IMG/VR virus record: IMGVR_UViG_3300021077_000115
Coordinates: 238,064-302,063 of that record
DNA length: 64,000 nt
Reading direction: 5' to 3' (one strand)
Source of the DNA: a virus
Part shown: positions 44,204-54,500 of the stretch, piece after piece
Layout of the letters: each line of letters starts with the position of its first letter
Numbering within the stretch: the stretch's first letter is position 1
Notes under the pieces: model-generated
The model's database searches: none
What the model saw: only the letters and a program-made list of their open reading frames with translations
What the model was told of the DNA's origin: nothing
Position numbers and translations under genes: made by a program

Positions 44204-45325
44204 TCAAGGTACGCACATGTCTATAATTTTTTGGGCTGCATTATTCCAAGTGAACTTGCTAGCAGTATCTGTCATATTTTGAGCAAACCCAGCTTTCAAT
44301 GAATCTAATTCAAATACAGCCCTTCGAAGTTTTTGGGCAGCGTCATCAGTATCAATCTCAAAATGAACAGCAAATGGATTGAATGCCCAATATTGATGAT
44401 CTCTTGGTGCCCTTGTGATTGTGCCATCTATAAGAATAGAATTCTCATCATTACAGAAATCTAGTTGTCCACCATATCTAGGAACTACATTAACAATTCC
44501 AGAAGCTAGAGCTTCCAATGATGGTAGATGCCAACACTCAGCATAAGTAGCAGAGAAATTTATATCACAAGACTTATAGATGTCTGCGATATTTGTTATA
44601 TATGAATGGACAAACTCTACTTCGGCGTGCTGTGGAAACTTAGATTGAAAAGTTTTAAACAACGCAGTGAAGTCTATGTCAAATGGATGGTCTTTCTTGT
44701 TATGCTTGAATACTTTAGCTATCAAACATACATCATCATCCTTGGTAAAAGCTTTACCAAAAGCCTTAAGAGCTAAATGTAATGCTTTGCGCCGATGTGG
44801 CTGGGCAATATTAAGAAGTATCTTCTTTGTCTTCCTAGTATTTAGCTTGAATGTATTATCACTCTTGAAATCTTCAAGATTTATTCCATGAGGAACTACC
44901 ATCATCTTTTCTATGGGGATACCCATACTAATAAATACATCTCTAGAGAAATTAGATGAAGGAAGAACAAGGTCAGTTGATTTGTAAAACTTAGAAAAAC
45001 CTTGAAGTAATGCTAAGTACTTATCATCTGACCTTTTATTGTTGTATTCGTAATTCCAAATACCAAATCTATTCTTTGTACCCCATTTAAGATAATTTGG
45101 CCAATTATGAGGTGCTGTGTAGCTAATTTGGCAGTCATATAATCCAGATGGTTCTTGTTTAACAAATGGCATTATATCCTCTGGTATAAATCTCTTTTCA
45201 AGTCCATCTGTAGAAATAAACTCTACATTATGTCCTAACTTAATAAGTGATCTGCCTAAATTCTGCCCAACCACACTCCAACTATGATTTTGGCCAAATA
45301 GAAATTGTTGGATTTTTATTCTCAT
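44204..45325 (-). CDS. GT-B glycosyltransferase (GT4-like C-terminal domain)
   Basis: The C-terminal ECWHLPSLEALASGIVNVVPRYGGQLDFCNDENSILIDG resembles the GT4 E-x7-E region. Confidence 0.5.
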   Translation of the reverse strand: MRIKIQQFLFGQNHSWSVVGQNLGRSLIKLGHNVEFISTDGLEKRFIPEDIMPFVKQEPSGLYDCQISYTAPHNWPNYLKWGTKNRFGIWNYEYNNKRSDDKYLALLQGFSKFYKSTDLVLPSSNFSRDVFISMGIPIEKMMVVPHGINLEDFKSDNTFKLNTRKTKKILLNIAQPHRRKALHLALKAFGKAFTKDDDVCLIAKVFKHNKKDHPFDIDFTALFKTFQSKFPQHAEVEFVHSYITNIADIYKSCDINFSATYAECWHLPSLEALASGIVNVVPRYGGQLDFCNDENSILIDGTITRAPRDHQYWAFNPFAVHFEIDTDDAAQKLRRAVFELDSLKAGFAQNMTDTASKFTWNNAAQKIIDMCVP

Positions 45326-45363
45326 ATACTATATGAGATATTGAATTACATATCCTCGACTTA

Positions 45364-45498
45364 TTACTCGCAATCACCTGCATCGCAAGCTACCGCTCCG
45401 GCATCCGAAACAGATGCATCAGCTTGGTGATTTGGCTTGTTGGTACAAGAGACTAATAAAACCGACAAAAACAAAAACAATGCAACGAACCCTTTCAT
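45364..45498 (-). CDS. small lipoprotein (44 aa precursor; an alternative start at 45510 gives 48 aa)
   Basis: Translation MKGFVALFLFLSVLLVSC|TNKPNHQADASVSDAGAVACDAGDCE. The signal peptide is classical with lipobox L-V-S-C. A GGAGAA Shine-Dalgarno lies upstream. The gene sits in a 250-bp gap directly downstream of the 999-aa fibre-like gene. It is not in the ORF track because it is under 60 aa. Confidence 0.5.
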   Translation of the reverse strand: MKGFVALFLFLSVLLVSCTNKPNHQADASVSDAGAVACDAGDCE

Positions 45499-45574
45499 TT
45501 TATTCTCCATTTTAAAGCAGCAATACCCAGTCACTCATAAATGAATGGCATTAGGTAACTACTGTTTTAGTTTT

Positions 45575-48574
45575 TTATGTTACGCCAGAAGCGAACAAAC
45601 CAGCAACTTGATTTGATGGAATCACCAATGGTGTATTATTCCATCCGGCTTTCTTGAGATATACCGTGATCATGATCTTGGTTCTCAATTCGTTATACAA
45701 GGCACTATTTGATATATCATTCATCGTAAGCGTCATCAAGCCAGTAGCCTGGTCCATATTTACGCCAATGATATTATCTACAATAATACCGTAGCCATCC
45801 TGATCCATTCCATCCTGATTTGGGAATATTGATTGAATCGACACACCAAATCTCACTTGATTTTTAACAAATGCATCAAGTTTTACAGTAGTACAATCAG
45901 AAAACCTAGCCGCCGGATATCCAGCTGAAGTAAAACCATCTCCATCGTCTACAACAAGTTTCTGGAACACGTTGATTATAGCGTGATTGAACATTACCTC
46001 TTGCGGAAGTTCCAAGACAATAAAATGAATGTCAACGTCTTGCTTGAAATAGTTGCCATCCTTATCGATGATTTGCCCTTTGCCAATAATAAGATTATCC
46101 GGAACGAAGAAATCATTTCTTCCAGGATCGCATGCGCCTCCGAATTCAAATGGATCTATGCAAACAACAGGAGTTGTATTTGAGCACTGACCAGTTATTT
46201 GATCTACCAAGCTAGCAGTTGAGCTGGGAAATGTAAATGTCGCAGGAACAAGCCTGGCATTACTACTAACTTGAAGCATGTAGTCTTTCCAGAACAATAT
46301 TGGGTTTACAACAAATGGTAGTGGGATAAATGGCACTGCAAGGAAAGCAGGATCATCAGCTGAAATATCCGGTATGCTATTATAACCGTAGTATTGTAGC
46401 TCAATACTAGACAAATTAGATATATCTACTACATTTAGACTATCACCATTGATTCTAATATACCCATCGCAATTGTTGTATCCATCATAACGACAGCAAT
46501 CATAATAACCATCATAACGACCGGTTGGGTTTTGAACCTCTATTTCAAGGTGCGTAAAGCTAGAGCCTGCTGGGAATGAGTGATAGCCGTCCTTAGAAAC
46601 ATATGCTGAAATCCTATCAACATCTGCATGCGTAATATAGCCATCTCCATCAACATCAGCTCGAATGATCTCTAGAGTATCAAAAACCCCAGCATTAATT
46701 AGAGCCTGCGTTGATTCTAAAGATAACGATTGCCCAAGGAGAGCTGTGGCACGATCTATATCGCTTGAGTCAATAACTCCATCGCCATTAACATCTCCAT
46801 ACCCATCTGTGCACAATCGTACGTTAGAAATGGTGTAACCAATACCTGCGCAATTATTATTTGGAATTAGTTTGCTACCAATAAGCTGCTGCGAAATCAA
46901 ATCAGGATTTGGATTTATTACAATAAACTTATTGCCCTTAGCTAATCCAGGGAAGATTTGAGTACCAGAAATTATGTTGTTCACTTTGGCATTGACATCT
47001 CGCGCACAGCCAATGATCAAAGGATCATTAGATTCACTCAATGTAGCCAAGTTGGCATTGGTAACGAAACTAAAACTTGGTTCGAACTGCTGGCGTGAAA
47101 AAACTGGATTGCCAGTACGCTCATCTTGTTGCTGTTGAGATTGTGATTCAATAGCTTCTACTACAGCAGTGTTTAGAGTGTTTTGCCCGGTATCTGCAAA
47201 TGGGTTTTGGCCAAATGAATAATCTACAACCGCACCCAGTTCATTGACTATGGTCTTTGTAATCTGGACACCATTACCAGCATCATAGGCCATACCATCA
47301 GCAACCTTGGCGGCATCTGACCATACTTGATACCAAATATCTTCTTCTGTAACATCTGTCCATTCACTGGTGAATATGGAAAGACGATCATCTGTACTCT
47401 GACTGTTTCCTATTCCCGTAAACAAAGTACCAACGCTACTGTCTCCGGCACGTCCAATTGAAATGGCATAATATTTACCTGGTACAATAACAGGATTTGA
47501 TGCGTTACCAAGAATTGAATTGTTGTATATCAGGTCAATTGGTTGAAGAACATCAGTAAGAATGTAACCTAGATTCTGCAAGCTTTGCTTGTTGATGCTA
47601 AACTGAGTTATCGGAATAGGATTTGGATCAAATTCAATTGCCAACCCAGGCACCAATTCATTTGGAGAAGTAATGGTGCTTTGAAGCTCGTATACACTAA
47701 CTACAAGCTCTCCACTCCAATCGAAATAATTGGCTATAACCGAACCATTCTTACGAACGCCAAGTAGAACGGTAATCTTCTGGATATTATTGCATTTGGC
47801 CAAAAACTTTTCAGCTACACGCGTTGTAACATCTCCAGTAGCAAATTCAAAATCTCGCTTCACAGTTGTATTGATTTGAAGAGCATCAACATTATATTGA
47901 GGCCCAATACCTGCCTGAATCGTTTGAGCTAAGGTAACCGCTGGGTTTGGAGATGAGTTTTTGAAATCTCTGAAAAATAAGTTCGGTTGCACATCTTGTG
48001 CAATCATAATAGGATCGCGAGACAACTCAAGTGCCGTTGTTTCTCGGATAACTACACGTCCCCCTAGAGCACGAGAACAATTGTCATTACCAAGAAAGTC
48101 ATTAAAGAATACCGAAAGTATTCGGGTGTAGTGTTTCTTGGTAACTTGCTTCTCTTTCTTGTAAAAGTAAAAACTATCGTATTGTATGTTTTCCTGGAAA
48201 TCCAAACCAATAATCAATACCTTGGTACTGAGACGGCCTCCAACATTCGAAAACCCATTAGCATCAGAATCAGATAGTTCTACTTCAAGTTGATTTCCCA
48301 ACTTACTATCACTCGGTTGCGCTAATGGCCTCAGACCAGTACCATCTAAATCGTGAGATGCTATCAGTGCCTCTTGATCAGAGAACATATTATCAGTATC
48401 AAAAACTACATTTTGAGCCGATGCAGATGGAAGTACGCCCGAGCCAAAGTGATTTTGTATAATCGAAGCATCAATCTTGACATTCCGATCTTGCTCTGTA
48501 GTCATATCGGTCTGATCGACTTGCTGACCGTCGTACCAAAGAACTTGAATTTGTGATACTGGATTTTGGTTCAT
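45575..48574 (-). CDS. tail fibre / virion structural-like protein (999 aa) with a dockerin-like calcium-binding pair
   Basis: It contains DVNGDGVIDSSDIDRATALL and DVDGDGYITHADVDRISAYV (DxNxDGxIxxxD F-hand pair). Multiple DGY tripeptides. Cys-rich RYDGYYDCCRYDGYNNCDGY. Confidence 0.5.
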   Translation of the reverse strand: MNQNPVSQIQVLWYDGQQVDQTDMTTEQDRNVKIDASIIQNHFGSGVLPSASAQNVVFDTDNMFSDQEALIASHDLDGTGLRPLAQPSDSKLGNQLEVELSDSDANGFSNVGGRLSTKVLIIGLDFQENIQYDSFYFYKKEKQVTKKHYTRILSVFFNDFLGNDNCSRALGGRVVIRETTALELSRDPIMIAQDVQPNLFFRDFKNSSPNPAVTLAQTIQAGIGPQYNVDALQINTTVKRDFEFATGDVTTRVAEKFLAKCNNIQKITVLLGVRKNGSVIANYFDWSGELVVSVYELQSTITSPNELVPGLAIEFDPNPIPITQFSINKQSLQNLGYILTDVLQPIDLIYNNSILGNASNPVIVPGKYYAISIGRAGDSSVGTLFTGIGNSQSTDDRLSIFTSEWTDVTEEDIWYQVWSDAAKVADGMAYDAGNGVQITKTIVNELGAVVDYSFGQNPFADTGQNTLNTAVVEAIESQSQQQQDERTGNPVFSRQQFEPSFSFVTNANLATLSESNDPLIIGCARDVNAKVNNIISGTQIFPGLAKGNKFIVINPNPDLISQQLIGSKLIPNNNCAGIGYTISNVRLCTDGYGDVNGDGVIDSSDIDRATALLGQSLSLESTQALINAGVFDTLEIIRADVDGDGYITHADVDRISAYVSKDGYHSFPAGSSFTHLEIEVQNPTGRYDGYYDCCRYDGYNNCDGYIRINGDSLNVVDISNLSSIELQYYGYNSIPDISADDPAFLAVPFIPLPFVVNPILFWKDYMLQVSSNARLVPATFTFPSSTASLVDQITGQCSNTTPVVCIDPFEFGGACDPGRNDFFVPDNLIIGKGQIIDKDGNYFKQDVDIHFIVLELPQEVMFNHAIINVFQKLVVDDGDGFTSAGYPAARFSDCTTVKLDAFVKNQVRFGVSIQSIFPNQDGMDQDGYGIIVDNIIGVNMDQATGLMTLTMNDISNSALYNELRTKIMITVYLKKAGWNNTPLVIPSNQVAGLFASGVT
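46600..46800 (-). repeat. dockerin-like duplicated Ca-binding loop segment inside the 999-aa gene
   Basis: Two 12-residue D-x-[ND]-G-D-G-x-I-x-x-x-D loops are separated by about 25 residues. I mapped them to 46771-46795 and 46612-46665 by reverse translation. Confidence 0.5.
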
Positions 48575-48576
48575 AT

Positions 48577-51500
48577 TTACTTCACATATTTAATACCAAC
48601 CGTAGAAACGGCCGGCTTGAGGGCATTGATCAAGGCCTCCAACACGGTTTGGATACGAAGATCTCCTGTAACTATGTTAAAAGAATCAATGATATTGATG
48701 TCAAAATTGAAAATGCCGAAAGTTGGATCGTAAATTACCGCGAAATCATCTGTTTTTTGTACAGATTTATCGAAGTCAAGCAAGAAAGTTGTGAAAGCAT
48801 CCGTAATAGATGGGTAGATGAAGTCCGTATTACTGTTGAAGTAAACGTCTCGCGGCTGTCCTGCTATTACAATAGGATCAATTGCTTTGTTCGAAATCTT
48901 CAAGTTATCAAATCTCGCCTGAGCTCCAAAGTTTCCTGCGAAATCTTGTCCAACCGAGAACTGCTGTACAGTATCAGTAAAGTTTATATCAGATCTGAAG
49001 ATTTGGCTTCCCACTCCACCGACAGCCGCCTGGCCCCAGATGACACCTTGCCCGAACAACATATTGCCTTGTCCGAATAGTTGCGCCCCTCGTTCCTCTC
49101 CATCTACGAATAGACGAATCTCATCGTTATTGTCTTTACGATTGAACTTGAATGACGCACGAATTCTATGCCATGTATCGCGAGGCCAGAACACAGGCTG
49201 TCGAACTTGATATTCTTTGCTATTGGCATTTATGGTGAAGCAAATAAAGCCCTGTGGATCTTTGGAGATTGTCAACCTATCTCCACGAACACCAGTTGGA
49301 ATATATGCAACTTTTACCGGAGTGTTCTGATATGGCAATGGAGTATTCAAGATGAGAGTTCTTCCATCACTGGCAATACTTCCACCATTGAAATATTCAG
49401 TTCCCTGCAAAGTTGTATCGTTAACCAAGCGCACATACAATACGCTACTGGCTCGTCTAGATAGTTTAACACGACCCTTCGTGATGCTTACGTCTTCTTC
49501 GATGATATTAGCAGCGGCATCGAAGTATATTCTAACTCCAGGATCATTATAGGTATCATATCTTGGGCTTATCCAGAACTCAATCAAACCTTCGCTGGCT
49601 GTGTTAAGCAAACCGCCATTATCAAATATAAGGCCTCTATCTTTGATTACTATACTGTGACCAAATTTTGAATTGACACTGCTGCCAGATTGAACGTATT
49701 CCTTACTTGCAAAGGTATAGAAATCGCTATCATTAATTAGCGGTAGAGATTCACAATGGAACAAAGCTAGCGTATCTATATTCTTAACAAACGGAGATAT
49801 CTTGGTTGCTCCGGTTGTGATAGATTCCTCATTGTTACCAATCGTTTCGCCAATACGAGTATCCGTAAGTTGTCTGTTCAGAATTCTAATCTCATCAAGA
49901 ATACCCTTTACTGGATTTTGTAATGTGATATCATTTCCAATTATTCCAGTTTCCTTTGTCAAAGGATCAAATGGTACGGATAGATAAGAGGCAAAGTCAA
50001 TATCATACCATCCTGGCGGCAACATAAAGGCAGAATCGGTGAAGCCTGCTATCTCCAAAAATATGAATCCGTTTTGGAATCCACTACGCCCAATGCTGAT
50101 ATTGTACGCAGCATAAGATCCATTGGTGAAGTACCCATCAACACTATGATCTAGTTGAATCGTATAGTTATCTATTTTGTCTATTATCTTGTAGATACCA
50201 GCCGAAGATGGCGGCGAGGTAATTTTGAGCAAGTTACCAACAATAGATGCTGGGAAGTAGCCTTGTAGATCCCTAACTATGGTATAGCCACCATAGCCAT
50301 CAGATTCCAAAGAGCCACCAGACTGAGTTTGGTATGCGAACCTAATAACCGGATACAGGTTGTTTCCGTTAGGCTGTGTAATTGTGTATGCCTCTTTTAT
50401 TTCAACGGCTATACTATCGTCGTAGCCATCAATTGGAGCCACATCTACAATAATCGAATCAACTTCTTGCCATTTATTTACTGTAAGTTTCTTACCAGGA
50501 TATGTAAATGTAAGTGTTTCGCTTGTTACGGATCCCAAGGCAGCATATCCATCTAGCTTCACAGTTACTGGAACTGAGAAATTAACATTATCTCCAGTAA
50601 TACGCACTTCCAATATGCGGCCTTCTGTAAGTAAAGCATTTGAATTTTGCAAGAATGTACTTGGTTGTGTGATATCGGCATTCTCTCCTGGTCCTGTTCC
50701 GAAAATTAAATTATCCCCATAACCGTCAACTAGGAAATTTCCAAAATCATCAATTAAGTAGATAAAACTAGTACCTCCAAAAGTTGCCTCAAAAATATAT
50801 CCATCTATCACGGCTGAATTTTCTGGACCGATTGAAGTCAATGGCAATACAACAGTCTTAATAGACACATCATCCAGATTGATTGGAGGAGGAAGCCCAG
50901 TTTTAAGTAGAGAATTATTACTCCACAGGAATACCCTATCCTTAGATCGCCTATGGTTCAAACCAAACGTTTTGATAAGCACAGTATCGCCGGCTAGGGT
51001 GTTATCAAAAATTGTCAGAATCCTCTGGTTAAGAGTGTTCCTATCAATTGAGTAAGAAGGGACTCCAGCTCTTGTTCCTGGAATTTCACGTTCATTTCCA
51101 TATCCGTCTACAATAAATACACCTATGTTCTTGTAGATATCAATCTCAGTTCCGACAATAAACTGTGGCGGATTAATGATAAATCTAGCATCATTCAAAG
51201 AAGCTGACATATTGGCACTCAAGGTCATCTGAGTCCCCGATGCATTGGATATTACATACTTACCAAACCCTTGTTCCATGATGTCAATAGTGTACCCATC
51301 ATCAAGCGCAGATAGACTTAAGGATGGAGATATTACAATATTAGATCCTTGGGTTGTTATAAGGTCATTGCCAGTTATTGAATTTGCAAATACAACCCCA
51401 ACGATCTGTTCTGGAACCACTGTTCTAAATCTATTATAAGATGCAACATCTGGAATATTACCATAGCGCGCAAGGTTTGGAGTTTCAAAACCGTCAACAT

Positions 51501-54500
51501 ACAGGTGCATTTCATCTCTACGATCTGAGGAGTTTAGACTCCAAGAGATACCAATAGTATGCTTTTGTCCAGAGCCCCAATTTTGTATATCGGCGCTTAC
51601 TTGGTATACATTTTTTCGGTCTGGTTGTACCAATCCAAAGCCACCACGATCCCATACTTCGAAGACCAAATACCCTCGGCCGTCCTTGTATAAAGAGAAT
51701 CGATTCTGAGTTTCATTCTTACCAAAATCGAAGAAATAATGTCGATCGTCTGACATTAATTGAATGCCATCAAACGAAACACCTGGGATATATCCATCGC
51801 CATATTCATACCCATCAGGGCTGAGAACATCATAGCCATCCAGATGGAATTCAAATTCTACTGTCGAAAGCCCAGACCGTAAAATGTCAGTATCCTCTGC
51901 AAGCCCAGGAACAAAATTCACATCATAGAATGAACCAGATGTGGTAACCGTACCCGAATATACATATCCGTCAGGAACATCCTTGGCAAGAATCTTCCAA
52001 TGTTTGATATCAGTGTCATAATAAATGAATATGCCATTTCTGATAAAGATCAAAGCTGGAAGGCCCTCTGGGCTATTCTCATCTGTTCTATTGACAGAGA
52101 ATGTCCCATTCGCAATGGTTGGGTTATAACATCTAGATCCAATATAAATGTTTTCTGCTGGAACTACATAGCCATCTTTGAATAGCTCAAAGGTCAAGGT
52201 GGCATCATTGTCGATACCATCCCAATCAGTAATAACTGACAACTCAAGAGTTCCTTCTTCCAGTCTCAAGTTGTTGGAAATTGGAAGGGTTGCTCCATCT
52301 CCAGCTTTCAAAACTGCCAAACCCTGATCGAAGAATCCGGCAGATAAATATGGCGTTCCAAAAACGGAAGATGGTACCTTTGACAAGAAACTAACGCCTA
52401 AAGACCAAAATGCTGCCTCTACAATTTTAGGATCAATTTGGGTTACGCTGGAAATCAGTTCCTTCATTGCCGGTATTGTTGGACCTTGCGTAAATGTCTG
52501 CAAAGCTCCCTGAAGGATATCGCGGTAGATTTCACGATCCAATTCCTCATCAAATACTTGAAGCTCTGGAATTTGAACTAAAGTTCCGAAGTTCTGAAGC
52601 AAGGAGTTGCGCAAAGCTCCAATAGAATACGTTGTGTAATAAGTATCTCCTTCTTTGAATGTATTACTGGTACGATGATCAATAACATTATCGCCCCATT
52701 CATACGAGACTAAAAGTTCATCTGTTACACTTGAATAATCAACAAAAAAATCTCCACGGTTGTAATCTACAATTGGAGTTGCCTCTCCATTCATTATAAC
52801 GGTGTATTGGACATTAACAACATCACCAGAAACTGCAAATGCGTTACTTAGATAAATGACGTTACCAAGAGAATATGTATATCCATCGACAAGCTGATAT
52901 CCATCACTTACTCTGATAACACTTGTGACTTCTCCTACTTCAATGCCCGCTGATATAAATGGTACAGTAATTGTTAGAGTACCACTTACCACCTCTTGTG
53001 ATGTTTGAGCAATTCCTCCAAGGGTAATTACATTGGCCGAGATGGTTGCCGAATCTGCAAAGTTTATTGGGCTTACATGATTGTTTAGATCGTACGCGTC
53101 ATACAGACTACGAAGCGTATCGATATCATCAGTTACCGTAATCGTGTTCTCAAAAACGAAATAAGGATTCGTTGGGTCTTTGTTTGTGAAGCGCTCATCC
53201 GAAACGTCCATGAGGCTTGGTGTTGGGGTTATGGCCGCTTCTCCAAATGAAATGTAATCCAAAATCTTCGAAGGCCCAAAGTTTGGATTTATACTGTTGT
53301 AGACTTGAGAAACTGAGACAACATGAGGATTTACAGGAGAGATAACAGGAATCTTGTAAGAGACCGTTCCAATGCTAAGGCTTTGATTATTCGTAACTCC
53401 TACATATATAATACCATCGCGATAATTTATTTGATACTGACCAATAGATAGCCTGTTGGTATTAATTATCTCTGATAATTCTTGAGAATCATAATATACC
53501 TCAGTAACAAAAACATCATTCTGACTAAAACCAACGCTAGTATTAAAGCTAGACCCAATCACATCATCGGTGTTACCCATGATATTTTGGTTCATGACTC
53601 TTATTTTTAGCACGCGAACGCTAAAGGCATTGACAAGCTCATTCTCAAGAATCAATGACTCATTCAAAACAGAAGCAAAAGACGCCCTCTCTAGAGTGAT
53701 ATTGGTAATTTTTGGTGGAGTTCTTGAATCAAAGAATATCTTGTTATCAGTGATTCTTCTGAGCGTATATATTTCTCCAGTTGTTTCGTTGTAGATTCTA
53801 AAAACATCTGTAATTGGTGCGTTTATAGTATATAGCGAATCCAATGTTGCAAGGCGATTTTGAACTCGCTCATTCAAACTCTCAACATGTACATTGGCTA
53901 CATAGTCAATACCAGGGACATAGGTTTGCTCAAAAAGATAGTTGATCTTTGCTGTTTGTGTCACCAATTCTCGAAGAGGGGATGCGACAAGATCTCTAAA
54001 CTCAGGAACATAGGTATAGTCTAAACGAGAAATATATGTTTTTCGGTAGTAGTAATTCATGGCCGGAGGGAAATCTCCAGTTCCATCATTTTTAATCGCT
54101 CCGTAAACGAAAACACGACCGGTTGTATAATCAACCGAATATTCTCCAGGATAATTTGGCAGACCGCCTTCACGATACGGAATTTCATTCGAGAAAGCTG
54201 GATGAGTATCAATGAACGGAGTCGCTGAATAAGGATCTAAGAACTGAACACCGCCAGATGTTGGTATTTTATCTCCGGCCGTAACTACCGGAGCATTTTG
54301 CAGCGAAAACATCGTGGTAATTGCAGGAGCAACTTCTCTGATAACCTGATTTACCTGAACAACAGAAACGCTAGTATCATCGATGATACGACCCAACGAT
54401 TTGTATTCGTAAGAAACTACAATCTTATCATTACCGCTAGGGAGCACAAAGGTTGGATCGTCTTTTAGAGTGTCATTAAGTTTGATTTGGTTATTGGCAA

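Noticed and set aside
48553-49080. 175-aa plus-strand ORF, together with many other 60-180-aa plus-strand ORFs (e.g. 29974..30507, 40367..40843, 8245..8661, 25130..25480) that lie entirely inside long minus-strand genes
   Set aside because: They are antisense to long, motif-supported coding sequences and have low-complexity or Ser/Leu/Ile-rich translations. They lack plausible start contexts and are typical shadow ORFs of AT-rich DNA.
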